DNA of 63,840 nucleotides, filler included, from Hausera hauseri (taxonomy: Eukaryota): NCBI GenBank assembly GCA_046269625.1. It is 12 parts of 12 records of this genome, joined end to end, with 100 filler letters (N's around TTAATTAATTAA, not from the genome) between each part and the next. Parts side by side here need not be neighbours in the genome. Positions count along the whole stretch, not along the records: positions 49,032 to 53,960 come from JBJURY010389035.1; positions 54,061 to 58,446 come from JBJURY010606888.1; positions 58,547 to 63,840 come from JBJURY010287836.1; 9 more parts are not named here. The stretch is one strand, 5' to 3'. Shown here in pieces: positions 50,365 through 63,422 of this stretch. The stretch's first letter is position 1. Each line of letters begins with the position of its first letter. A program made the translations under genes and the position numbers. The notes under the pieces are model-generated. The model saw nothing but the letters and a program-made list of their open reading frames with translations, did no database searches and was not told the DNA's origin.

Positions 50365-50532
50365 ATTATTGTTGCTTTCATATCAACCACGTAGAGAGGA
50401 CCACCACCGAAAAATAATATTTATGCCCATATCATGATTGACGGCGAGTTTTTCATCCTGCCAACCGTGTATCGTGGATTGAAACTCTATCCAACAGGAC
50501 GGCGAACAAATGTGGAGAAGCTGTAGAACTGT
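50365..50532 (-). repeat. Inverted partial copy of the adjacent Tc1 transposase (pairs with ~50860-51030)
   Basis: The reverse complement aligns by eye over ~165 nt with scattered substitutions. Confidence 0.85.
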
Positions 50533-50769
50533 TTAATGACGCTGTCATCACTAAACAGAGTGGTAGACCACTCTGTAACACTCTAGGTTTTATAGCGCTG
50601 TGCAAATGCCAAGCGGTTCTTGATGTTTTTGGCTGACAAGTGATGAGTAACTGACAGTCGGTGAGCTCGCAGGCCAAAATCATGCTACAGACTGTGTCGG
50701 ATTGTTCTGGAATTAGTGGGTTGTTGCAACTAAGCTACAATGAATGACGATGATTCAGTTAGATCTTTG

Positions 50770-51406
50770 ATTACCATGCGCTTGATGGAAAGCTCAGTAG
50801 CTGGCGTGTAGCAGATTGGTCAACCACTCTGTTTAGTGATGAGAGCATTCTACATCGTTTTACAGTTCTACAGCTTCTCCACATTTGTTCGCCGTACTGT
50901 TGGAGAGCGTTCCAATCCACGATACACGGTTGGCAAGATGAAAAACTCGCCGTCAATTATGATATGGGCATCAATATCATGTTCCGGTGGTGGTCCTCTC
51001 TACGCGGTTGATAAGGAAGCAACAATAACAGAGGCGTACTACCTCTCAATTCTTCAGCTGTACCTCCTGCCGATACTGACAGTCCACTCATGATAACTTT
51101 TCAACAAGATGGGGTTCCGGCTAATATTGCTTACTCGGTGCGGAGATGGCTGGCTGAAAATAATGCCAACGTTTTTGAACCATGGCCTGGCAACTCAGCT
51201 GACCTGAATCCTATCGAAAATTGTTTGGTGATGGTGAAAAGAAAGTTTGGCGAGCTACAGCCAACGTCTCTGAGTGATCTGGAAGAGAAAATGAAGCGAA
51301 TGTGATAAACAGAAGTAACTGCCGAGTATTGGCGTCACTGATTAAATCGATGCCAGAACGCCTGGTAGCTGTGATTCGTGCCAGAGGTGGGCCAACAAAA
51401 TATTGA
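50770..51406 (+). mobile_element. Tc1-family transposase catalytic domain remnant (DD35E spacing in this copy)
   Basis: WSTTLFSDES, IMIWASIS, FQQDG...WPGNSADLNPIEN, MPERLVAVIRARGGPTKY*. Confidence 0.9.
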
Positions 51407-51708
51407 GCATGATTTCTGTATTAGTGACACTCCCAAGACATCTGTCTGATGTTTCTGTGTGATTTGCATGCATAAAGTTACTTTTATTTAATAAAAAGTA
51501 GATTTGGTTTAAAAAAACGCGTCTTTTTATTATTGTTCTAATCTAATTGCCAGCATGGTATATATGAAGGGTGCGTCACAATTCCTGTCTCAAAATTTGA
51601 ACCGGTGCACAGCATTACTACGCATTCGCAAAGATTTGATATTTTGACGTTATTTCAGTCCAAGTAAGTGTTTTTAATTGTAAAATTTAAAATTTGAGTG
51701 AAACAATA

Positions 51709-52739
51709 ATGAAAACGATAAGCAACCAAATTAAAAGAACTTAAATAATTGAGGTTTTTCTGCATCATATTTCCAACCGAAAAGTGACCAGAGATCACTT
51801 TTGTCAGCAAGGATTCAACATACGATTCATCGGCCGAGCACTAGAACAGCATTGTAAAAATAAAATCATCAGATACAAGCAGTCAACAGGCCGAATTCCA
51901 AAAGTAGAGACTCCTAAGAACGCGAAAACGTTGAAGCATCGTCTAATCAAGAAAACTTCACTTTCTGGAAGAGCCGCAGCAAAGGATCTGAAAATTTCTG
52001 AGGCCAGTGTCCTAAGACTAAAACGAGATCTTGGTATTGTAACAAGGACCAAGCGGAGTGCACCTTTGTATAAAAATGATCAAAGTGAAATGGCAAATAA
52101 ATGCTGTAAAAAGGTATACAAACAGTTAATCCCATCGGGCGGAAAAAAATTCGTAATTATGGATGACAAAACTTATGTGCCGTTCAATTACACTCAGTTA
52201 CCCGGGAAACAGTTTTGGAACGACATTCCAGACGATTTCAAGGTGAACAGGAGAGAAAAATTCCCGGTCAGATTTCTTGTATGGCAAGAAATAGCGCAAG
52301 ACGGAACTGTAAGCAAACCCTTTATTGTCAAAAAGTCTTTAAACGGTCAGATCTACCTCGATGACATATTTCGAGACCCATTTTTGAATTTTTCAAGTCG
52401 CAAATGAACAAGGGTAACTTGTTATTTTAGCCTGATTTGACTGCAAGCCACTACTGTAAACCGGTGGTTGACTTTTTGAAGCAGCAGAAAGTCGAGTTTG
52501 TGCAGAAAATTGACAACTCGCCAAATGTGCCACAATGCCGGACTATTGAAAATTTTTGGGCCCTCAGCAAGCTGGAGTATTTTAAAACTGGGAAAAAACT
52601 TCCCTATATAGCGGCGTTTAAGCGGAAGTGGACCCAAATCTCAACTCTGGTGACCCTCAAACATGGGAAATCACTGTTTAGTGGCTTCAAACAGAAGTTA
52701 CGATTAGTCGGTGATAATGGACCGCGATATATTGTATGA
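51709..52739 (+). mobile_element. DD37E (TRT-like) Tc1/mariner transposase, frameshifted
   Basis: FVIMDDKTYV, FLVWQEI, PDLTASHY...NSPNVPQCRTIENFW; 37 residues between D and E. Confidence 0.85.
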
Positions 52740-52998
52740 ATATGTTGGACAGAAATAAAAAGTTGTGTCTGCATGTAATTAGCATAAAAAACTTCATTTT
52801 ACAATTTAGGGGGCGCAACTTTTTGTCACAATTTAATGATGGATTACTGCTATATACATTGATTTTTTTATTTTTTTCTCTCTAATAATGAATTGCATTC
52901 ATGCTTTTTTATACATGCTACATTGAATTACTATATTTATGTTTTTATAGATTCATATTTTTCTATTTGTGATACAAACTCTTATTTCTCTTGTCATT

Positions 52999-53960
52999 AT
53001 GGCTTCATTTACTACTAGGAGTTTAAGTAGGCATTCTGCCTTCGGTGATGCTAAAGAACTTTGCCGAGATATTATTCCTTTTTGTTCAGTTGCTTTCAAT
53101 GCTTACCTTTACCATCAAAGAAAGTACAATACGCTCACTGAGAATAAGATATCAAAGCGCGTGGCATGTGAGGTTAAAGACATTTATGTTAAATGCAGCA
53201 TACCAACGATTGATTTGAATATTATTGAGAGAAAAGTACAGAGTTTAATTGTCATGGATTGCGAACTCAGAAAATATTCGAAGACTAAGCGTAACTCTAC
53301 ATCTTACAAAGAAGCTGTATCAATGTTATGACCTTGGTACCCATGACAGGAGAAGTTGTAGGTGTAAGATGACATGTAAGATACCAGAGGTAAAGTGGCC
53401 ATTCTGTATAGGTCAGAAAAGCAGTAGAAAAATGAAGATCGGTAAAATAGACAAGACTGAAAGTCTGAAACTGGAAGAACATGAGGGAAGAAAGCTAAAG
53501 TTCAGATCATTATGCGAAGAAGTGTCAACATAGTACAAGAAGATGATGATGCTGCTGGTGATGAAGAAGGAGAAGGCAGCGATGAAACTTCTTCTGAAGA
53601 TACGACTGCGGTTGGTCATTATCAAAATCGCACACATTATCTGGAACTTTGCAAAGTTCTGGATAGCACACATACTATCATAGAAATGCTTGCCTGATTG
53701 TAAATGCAGTACTAAAGGATCTTTGAATTTAACTATCTGCCAACATTCTATATACAAGTAAAGTGAAACGATTGAGAAAGCGCTGGAGAATAAAGTTATC
53801 CAAGGAACACAAGGAAAGCCATGATGGCATAGAATGCTTAGGATTTGATGCAAAAATAGATGAGATAGCTGTTACCATTGGAAATGTTCGACGAAAAGTT
53901 AAGAAGGAGCATTATGCGTTGGTGTCATTTCCAAATGGCCACAATATAGATCACATTGTA
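52999..53960 (+). mobile_element. DNA transposase remnant, probably hATm-like
   Basis: VKDIYVKCSIPT, CRCKMTCKIP...GQKSSRKMKIGKID, LGFDAKID...KEHYALV...HNIDH. Confidence 0.55.
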
Positions 53961-54060
53961 NNNNNNNNNNNNNNNNNNNNNNNNNNNNNNNNNNNNNNNN
54001 NNNNTTAATTAATTAANNNNNNNNNNNNNNNNNNNNNNNNNNNNNNNNNNNNNNNNNNNN

Positions 54061-54529
54061 CTAAAGCAGTTGCAAAATTTTGATGGATTATCATTTTGAG
54101 ATTTGGTACGATAGTGGCAAATAATTGATAGTAGTCTGGTTGCGAGAGCAGCAGGTGATTTTAGATTTAAAGAAGATTTAGCGTCAATAGCATTGATGAC
54201 AGCAACAACAGATTGCACCAACAACAGATTGCAGCTCTATAGAAAATCTAATTGTTGTATTAAATCAAATGTACATTCACCGATTGTACGATACAAATTA
54301 CTTTAATACTGTTGAAAAGGTATGCGATGAATTAAATAAAAATATGGACAAAGTACGAGACTGTCAGTTTATGTGTGTACTATGTAAACAAAGAAAAATG
54401 GATATGGTATTCTTAATGTGCGGCCATCTCGTTGTTTGTCAAATGTGTTCCACCACCACCAAAGTAACCAACCAATGTCCAGAATATAAATGTGCTATAA
54501 TGGAAATTGTACACATTCATTACGAATGA
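54061..54529 (+). pseudogene. IAP-like UBA-RING protein, second copy
   Basis: Homologous to 21240-21717; RING CVLCKQRKMDMVFLMCGHLVVCQMCS...CPEYKC. Confidence 0.72.
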
Positions 54530-54650
54530 CTTCTTCTTCTTCATTAACGGAACGTGGGTTTCAATGACGTGGAGGTAATTTGTATCATTGTGGTATGAGA
54601 CAATACTCATAAAGTAAATATCTATTGTTTACAATGAAAACAAAACTTTG

Positions 54651-54660
54651 ATATAAATAG
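54651..54660 (+). promoter_or_regulatory. Conserved TATA box upstream of the 154-aa ORF
   Basis: TGATATAAATAGAGATGC occurs about 45 nt before the ATG here and in the paralog (reverse strand, ~21133-21150). Confidence 0.5.
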
Positions 54661-54697
54661 AGATGCGATTTCAGTTCACGTTTGTCTTTTTTATACA

Positions 54698-55162
54698 ATG
54701 TCTTTTGAAAACAATTCAGCAGGTGACAGTCTGCCAAAAAAGCCACAGTACAGCGAATATTCGCTCAGAAATTCCCGGTTGTATAATGGATACAACTTAC
54801 ATTATCGGCGTAACGCTATTCAATTGCCACTGACGCAAAGGGTTAAAATCAAACCGGCGAAATATGGTCTATTTGTGAAAAAGATCAGAAACCATGATTT
54901 AGATACGATGGAAGACACAATTAGAAAAGTTGATAGTGATTTGGAGTTGAGTAACGATATCTCAGATACATCGTCGATTTTTCTCATTGGAAATATGTCA
55001 GAAATAGTCAGTTCACATGGCGTAGAGACAGCAGCAGCAGCAAAAGCAGTTTTGCCACCGGAAGACGCTAAAGGTCATCTAAAATTGAAGATGAAAGGAT
55101 ACATGGATCTATACGGCGTTAAATCGCCAATATGGAAGCTGGGAAAGTTTACGCTGATTTGA
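54698..55162 (+). CDS. Conserved hypothetical 154-aa protein of the pPolB element
   Basis: Intact ORF; homologous sequence sits beside all three pPolB copies. Confidence 0.75.
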   Translation: MSFENNSAGDSLPKKPQYSEYSLRNSRLYNGYNLHYRRNAIQLPLTQRVKIKPAKYGLFVKKIRNHDLDTMEDTIRKVDSDLELSNDISDTSSIFLIGNMSEIVSSHGVETAAAAKAVLPPEDAKGHLKLKMKGYMDLYGVKSPIWKLGKFTLI

Positions 55163-55405
55163 CATACTTTATTTTGATTTTAGCTTATGATGATTAATAA
55201 ATTTTATTGATTTTGTTTGTTTGTTTTTTATATTGTTTCTCGTCAGATTAAGTTAAGTATAAAGGACATTAAATGATAATAAAATAATAAAACAAAAGGC
55301 AAAACAATGAACAATATACATTATTTATAAAACAGAGATCTCAACAAAATGTCATAGTTAATTGATCTGTCTGCACCGATTTCATCTATGTATGTGCGTG
55401 TTTCA

Positions 55406-58290
55406 TTACAAACGCCAATGTTCGTAAGCCCAACTCTTATTCCGCCCCACACACTTACGCTTATCATCATTGTATGATAAAGCGACTTTTGAATTGGTTA
55501 CCGTATACAGCTGGTGCTCAATCAACCAGATGATCGTTTGTGAAATAACACCATTTGATTGTCCTCCTCCGTCTCCTCCTTCTTCATAGACACGGCGATA
55601 ATCACCGTGGTCGATTTCCGTCTGGGCCAGCTGAACGCCTTTTGCGCGCATTTTAGGTCCACAGTTCGTCAGGATACTGTAGCACTTTGTGCGTAGGAAT
55701 ATCCATTCTCGGTACGGAACATGGCCTTCGCTTTCATCCTTGAAGCAGCCGATTTTGTTCCTGATGTCGTTGCTATACAGCGGATCATTCTGCGGGTTAT
55801 TGGATGTGTCCTGTAGTCCATCTGCCATCATTTGCCGGAGTAGTTGGTCGCGATTGAAGTTTTTCAGCTCAAGGAAAAATCTGTCTGTGTCACCGGCAAC
55901 GATACTTATCTTACAGGTGTCGAACACTTGCCGGTAACGTGCAAAGTCGCGATACTGGAGCTCGTATGTTCGCAACTTGTTCAGGTCCAATACCACTTGT
56001 CCGATATAGCTTGGTCGATCCAGTACGACTTCTTCGCTGTTTAACAGCACCGCAACCAATCCATCGGTAATGTGCATTGACCGCCTGAACTCAGCCTTGC
56101 TGGTGTACGTAATCAGGCGCACATTGAGTCACTTTTTGAGGTTCTCTAGTGTTTTTCCGTAAAGGGAATTATTTTTCAACTTGTAGTAGTACTTTTCGAA
56201 CTTTGCACAAGTTGCGGCTCGTTTCTTCGAGTTTCCGTCAATGTACGCCTTGAATATCGGCGCCTAATTGAATTTGATTGCGCGATGCAGTTGTGTGACG
56301 CGTACACCGAGCTGCATGTAAAACTGCAGTAAACGCCAATGAATCACGTAATTCGATTTGGGTTCATGCATCATGAGCAGATTCTTCACTTTTGAGCCGG
56401 GCGGATATTGGCTGATTGGTGTCACGTGTAATTCGTCCAGAGCGTCATGCAGCTCATCTGGTACCAAAAGATCGACTTCCATTAGGTAGCCTACTGAGCT
56501 GCTTTCTGTCGTGTTTGCTGCTGACAGACTGTCCAGCAATGTATCCAGTTCTTGTCGGTCAATTATCCAATCAAATGAAGCTTACGGCAAGGGTTGAGAA
56601 AGCACCCAGCCGTACAGGTTATTAATGTCCATGTACAACATTGATGCGGCATCATCATTGTCATTAGTGGTTACGTAATGCTTGTTGACAAATGTCATGC
56701 CGATACGAATACCAACATCAAATAGTCAATACATTTCCGGGTCTTGCAACAACTCAATTTCCCTGTCCAGCGAGATAAGTGCCGATGTCCAACTCACCCC
56801 CGGTATGGAGTAAAATTTTAGCGGCTCCAGCCTATCATCCGCCAACGCCTTAGCACGAATGTCTAAAACACATCGGCTAACAAGTACACGTCCAGTTTCA
56901 GGTACTGGAGCATGTACTCCAACATGTTTTTGCAGCCGAGCTCTGTCTACGCTTCCCGTGCTCTGTGGTACGCGTCCTCTGTGATTCCGGCCCATTGTGG
57001 CAGAAATTCATCTCTTGTCTGAAGCCGTTTGTACGACACAGCAAAGTCATATGGGAATATGTCTTTGCTGCGTGCAATATGCGCGGGAAACTGCGTCAGC
57101 GTTATAGAGACATCGACAAGGCACTTACGAGCTTTCCTAGAGACTCATTGAGGAACTGTAGTGAGTCAAGAAACCGTACCTGGAACCGGTTTGTGCGTGC
57201 CAACTTCTCTATCGTTGTTGGAATTATAGTTAGTTCCCAGTGCGGAAATCCGTTTATGGCCCGTTTCAAAATATGGTGAAAATCATAACATCGAAAGTTA
57301 TGAAATACCACCAGTAGGAATGGCCGCACACGCCTTGCCAAATTGCATCAAACGGTAATATTTTTTGGCACAGGTAACATTCATCTGTGACTGCAAATGT
57401 CATGCGTTCATCTTCATCTGTCCACATCAAATGTTTGTTGCTATTTCTATTGTAACAGAGTGCGACTTCCGTTTCTACTATTGTTTCAAACTGATGCAGG
57501 AAATCGCGTACACAGTTTTAACCATGAAAAACGTAATATTGCGGTTGACGTGCAGCTTTTATTGAGACAACCAACATACGGACGGCGATTGGAACATGTT
57601 TTTGGTCATATATGTTGTGCCGTGGTAATATAGTTTCGATATCGGCATATACTACATATGGCGGACTGTCTGTTTTTGACCAATCAGTGAATCTGAGTTC
57701 CTGTTTGACGGGCATGACGTACATTGTGGTTCCCGAGGAATTGTGTTTGCACAGAGTCACATGTTTCGTCCATGTTGTTTCCGATCTGAACCCGTGCAGA
57801 CATACGGGAAACCATTTACACCGTATACGCTTTTTGATGAACTGGTTATGTTCCATGTCCAACAATTTGTCTAGATTTGTCACTGCAACGTAATGGAATT
57901 TTTTCTTTTGCTCTAATAACAACATACTTTTGGGCGGCCATTTGGGTTCCGACTACGGTAGATTATATCCACAGGGGGTTTTTGTAAATTTCTTCATCCG
58001 CGGTATTTCTACGATTGCGTTGTACCGGAACACATTGATTGTCAGTGTCGGACTACGCCGTTCAAATGTCGGAATGGATTTCAGTTTAATCGGCATACAG
58101 CATCCGTCGTAATTTAAATCGGAAAATATTTCTGATACTGGTCTAGACGATATGCACTATGTCTGTCCACTTTGTCGTATTTCAATACCGCCAGAATACT
58201 ATAAAGAAAACAGTATTAATCGTTAGTATATTTTACATTCACTACCGCAAGAGACTGCATCAGAGCTGCAGGTGTCGGCATGAATGATCG
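55406..58290 (-). mobile_element. Polinton/adintovirus-like pPolB, copy 3 (degenerate)
   Basis: VVYADIETIL, FHNFRCYD, YMDINNLYGW, KLKNNSLYGKT, VAGDTDRFF, ALSYNDDKR. Confidence 0.92.
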
Positions 58291-58546
58291 GTAGTAGGAG
58301 GAAAGGAGCGCACTGCCTCAAGCCCCCCCCCCCGCGGAAAGAAAGCATTGAGCGTGGGAAAATTTTCCGACCGTGGGAAAAAATTTTATGTTATCGAGAA
58401 AATTTTTTTTTCTTGGTAGCTAAATTTCTTTTGAAAGTTCCATCTTNNNNNNNNNNNNNNNNNNNNNNNNNNNNNNNNNNNNNNNNNNNNTTAATTAATT
58501 AANNNNNNNNNNNNNNNNNNNNNNNNNNNNNNNNNNNNNNNNNNNN

Positions 58547-61500
58547 TTTATGCCATAAGCGACACCTGTTCCGAGATGCCTTACATCAAAAACGACGCAA
58601 GTCCTCAAACGTTAAATGGACAGTTATATCTACCATCTATTAAGGATCCCGGAAGCACAGGAACTTTCGGACAAATGTCGAAACCGATGTTCGAATGGAA
58701 CCCAAAAGTTTAAATGGTTGGACAGTTTTTCCGTCACGAACTTGCAGTTATGGAACAATTAACTGACCATGTAGTTTTAGGCTGCGACTTACTGAAAAGT
58801 CTACCAAATGTAGCAGTCGACTTGCAAACAGGAAGACTAATACAAATTAGGCCAAATAAAGGCGTAAAAGCCACCAAAGATAAGAAATTTGGAGAAGTAT
58901 GGATCCCAGTAGATAAAAGTATTCCACCAAGAACAAAGATAATAATCTACTCCAAAATCCAACAAGATGACGACCAAACAGTATATTTTGAATCAAAGAA
59001 AACATTAGATCCAAACATAATACTCAGCAATATATTGACGAGAGTACACTCAGGTCGTGTGGCGATCAGGATAGCGAATAATGCACCGACCTTAGTCAAG
59101 CTTCACGCTTACAACATTGGGAAATACCTATAGAGTGTTATCTATAACCACTGAAGAAAAACCTTACAAATATTCCGAATTCCCATCTCGTGTGGAAAAG
59201 AAGTTCTCACCTAAATCTTACTGCCGATTCTATGAATTATTATGCCGTTATAAATCAATCATTGCTAAAGACGACGAGGATATTGGTAGGGCAAAGGCTT
59301 TAAAATTGACTATTCCACTTAAGAAAAAGCCTGGTTCAAATGATGAGATAGATCTTGAAGATCAAAAGATGCCGAAATGGTATCCAGTGCCACATTCATT
59401 AAGACCGGAGATAACAAAAGAAGTTGAATGGATGATTAAAGCCGATATAATTCAGCCCAGCTATAGATCTTGGTACTCACCAATTCTTATGGTTAAAAAG
59501 AAAAGTAATACAAAACATAGATTTTGCATTGATTACAGGGCACTGAATAACCTTATGATGAAAGATTCCTTCCCGTTACCGTCAGTAAAAGAAGCTTTGG
59601 ATAGACTTTCAGGAGCAAAATGGTTTACTACTCTGGACTTACAATCTGGATATTGGCAAGTGGAAACGGAGGATGAAGACCACTATAAAACCGCGTTTAA
59701 AACGCACAATGGTGTCAATGAATGCAATGTCATGCCCTTTGGTATTACCACTGGAACAGCTATTTTTACAAGAATGATGAATAAAATGGTGATGGGTCAA
59801 GACCACGCATTCGCATACTTAGATGATGTAATGATAGCGTTGAAAACAGAAGAGGAACATTTAAAAGATATTAAGCATACATTGATGAGATAAGAACAAG
59901 CAGGATTAAAACTGAATCCAGAGAAATGCAAATGGGCTCAGAATGCAGTATCCTACCTTGGCCACATCGTTGGAGAAGGAGGATCGAAACCAGATAAATT
60001 ATTATTGAACAAGATATCAGATTGCATGGAGCCGCACAATCAGAAAGAGTTAAGACACTGGATCGGTTTATGTAGATATTACGCCACCTATGGACCATAT
60101 AATTTGAAAATAAATGCACCTTTATATCGTCTACTTAAGAAAGGAATTAAATGGAAACGGACAGATGTCGAACAAAAGAATTTCGACGAAATGAAGAAAA
60201 TTTTAACAAGTAAACCATTCTTACAATATCCAGACTTCAATTTACCATTCATAATTAAGACAGATGCCAGCAAAAAAGGTATTGGATACGAATTAGCTCA
60301 GGAACGAGAAGATGAAGAATTGGAACACCAAATTGCGTATGGAGGACAGTCTTTGAAGAAGGCCGAAAAGAATTACTTTGTTACCGAATTAGAAACCTTG
60401 GCCGTTACGGAAGCCCTCTGACATTTTAACGTCTATGTATACGGACAGAAAATTATAATTGTTGCTGATCACAAAGCCGTCACGACTTTAAAAGGACGAG
60501 CAAACAACCCGACATGCAGGCTTAATAGATGGATAGGGGAAAATTTTAGACATAATATCGAATTTTAGTATAAGCCTGGCAACAAACATACGGATGCCGA
60601 TGCATTATCAAGACTAAAAACTAAGATAAGTGCAATTACAGTAATGAAGAAAGCTAGGCTCGAAGAATTACTAGACTGTCAACGCGCTTTGACGATGGAC
60701 AAAGTCATGAAAATCTCAACCGAACAGAAGAGCGATAAGGTTATCCAGCAAATTATAGAATTTGCTAAAAAGGATATAGTACCAAAAGGACGACAGCTTA
60801 AGAAACACTTATACAGGCATAGACACAAATATTGCGTCTGGAACGATAAATGTAACGAAGACATTTTGTATTATAAACAAAAGGGAAGGAAATTAATAGT
60901 CGTCCCAAAAGGCTTAAGTACTGAAGCTTTAATGACAGAACATTATTTATGTTTATCAGGACACATGTCATGGAAAAACACGCTGGAAAGAATAATGAAC
61001 AAATACTTTGGCCCAGTATCTATATTGATGTGAATAATTGGGTAAATGCTTATGAAGTATCTGCGACCAAACAAAAGAAGACGAAAAATGACATGGCGGA
61101 ACTGAAACCAATCAACGTACCAGATAGACCCATGCAGACCATGTCAACGGATATCGTAGGACCACTACCTACGACCCATAAGAATAATAAATATATCTTA
61201 ACATGTATTGATCGGTTAACCAATTTTGTCGAGTTAGTAGCTTTGACTGACCAAAAGGCAGAAACTGTAGCAAATGCTGTAGTGAGAAGAATTATTTGTA
61301 GATATGGACCTCCAAATCAAATATTCACAAATCGAGGAAGAAACTTCACCAGTGAACTGTTTGAGAAAATTACTAGAATATTTGAAATTGAGCGTTTAAA
61401 TACCACTGCATACCATCCTTAATGTAATGGAATGGTTGAACGAAAATGCAACCGTCATGCGCATATTATCCACAGTAGTAGCCAAGGACCAAAAAGATTG

Positions 61501-63422
61501 CGACGAATTTTTAGAAGGAACTCAATGTGCCATTAATACAACATCACATCCAACAACAGGATTTACACCATTCTTCCATGATGTATGGATGTGAATCTGT
61601 GTTACACACAGATTTAGAGATGACGCCATACACATTCAATCCCGAAGATTTAGAACAGAATTTTTCAGACGTGATACGACGCCATTACAAAATTGCTGGG
61701 AAATCGCCAAAGAATTGTCTCGAGAATATCAAGAGCAGTTTAAAATACAGTATGATAAGAAAGCAAAACCACACGAGTTACTACAAGGAAATTGGGTTTA
61801 TGTACATTACCCAGCAGCTAAAAAGGGTACGTCGTTAAAACTGACATGTACAGGCAGAGAACCGTACGAAGTTACTAAAGTTACGCCAACTACGGTGTAC
61901 ATCAACAAGAATTAAAAAGAAGAGGTTGTATTAGTACAGAGAGTAGTGAAGACAGACATACGACTCAATAAACGTTAAAATTTACGACAACGCGAGATAA
62001 AAGCTTCTTCAATAATTGCTAGACCGATCTCATAAGTTCAGATAGTTTTAGCACTGTCGTTAATTGCCTTTTATATTCCAGAAACACAAACTCAATGGTG
62101 GGGCGACGGAATTACGCTAGGAGATGTATACTGAATCCTGAAGAATGGATTAAAGCCGAAAACCATCATAGCGAAAAAGAAGCCAATGGCCGAAGAGATC
62201 CAAAAACGAGAAAACACTATTCTGTTACAATTAATGAAGGCTCATTACTTTTCATCTGACTCTGTCTGTTTGGATTTAAAACTTGGAGACCGCATCATGA
62301 TTTCGGAGAATTTGAAGTTGTACTATAGGATATAACAACAAGAGAAGTGAAAAACTGTGATTTTGAACCCGGAGATTATGCACAATGCTGCTACATAGAT
62401 TATGGACACATCTAGATCCTTACTTATCGACTTATTTACCAGACCCATCAGAAGTCTATATCGACGTAAATCCACAAATTCGCTTAGTTATTCCCACTTG
62501 GGCCAGACGATTCGAAGTGGAACTCGACAAAATGCTGCAATCCCCGGACCAAAATATAAAGTTATTAGATGAAAATATCAAAGGGGTCTCAGTAAAATAG
62601 GAAAAACAATGCATCCAAGTAGATGCTTGAACAGGATGAACTCTTAGTTAAGGAATTAGTATTATTTTCGAAGCAATAAACGGAAAAACCCCGAAAATAG
62701 AATACTGTTCTGTACATGCCGTTGTGCAATACCCGTGTTGTAAGCTACCAGTAAACCAAGAATTCAAAATAAAATTTGACTTATATGAAGTACGACCGAA
62801 TAAACCGGGCAAGCACTTGCGAACTTATTACCCAGAGAATAGAATAGAAACGACAACCAAAAAGCCGACCACTCTAGTTAGTGCGATTATGGTAACTGTT
62901 ACATCACGCAGTGTGCCTAAAAGAGAATTAGAAAGTATACCTATTAAGTATTCGGCACATCGATTTAAAATTGTGTACTTTGTAGAAGAAAAGGTAAATT
63001 ACGATATACATATAAGCTGCCCAACAACGTATAATAATCAGTTTGTAACATTACTTAAAAACACTTACCAGATAGAATGCAATTTGTTAAAACCACGATC
63101 CGATTACATAATACAAGTACATTCAAAGAATAAACAAAACCAAACAATTACATTACGTACCTTAGATGAAATCCGTACAGAATCGCATATATACAAAAAC
63201 ATAGACGATGAAATCACAACTCCAGTCACCACACAAGCACCAATGGGATTAGCCACTTTACCGATCGTATCAATTGTCGTATTATCAACCTTTATTGTTA
63301 TTATATTATTTGCGATTTTTCGGTTAGTTGCCAAAAAATGCAAGTCTAAGCGTCCTAAAACTACAGAATGGGAACTAAGGGAATTGGAAATCCCTATTGA
63401 TCCGTATGGTAAAGTAACCTGA
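58547..63422 (+). mobile_element. pol: Gypsy family A, copy 3 (PR-dUTPase-like-RT-RNaseH-IN-membrane protein)
   Basis: Collinear with copy 1 from the protease onward (KDPGSTG.FGQMSKPMF.WNP, MPKWYP.PHSLRPEITKEVE, YLDD). Confidence 0.95.
61990..63422 (+). pseudogene. Integrase-fused FN3-containing type I membrane protein, copy 3
   Basis: Signal-like VQIVLALSLIAFYIP. ORF 62724-63422 has CNLLKPRSDYIIQVHSKN (FN3), a Thr-rich stalk, TM LPIVSIVVLSTFIVIILFAIF, basic stop-transfer RLVAKKCKSKRPK and a short tail. Confidence 0.78.
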
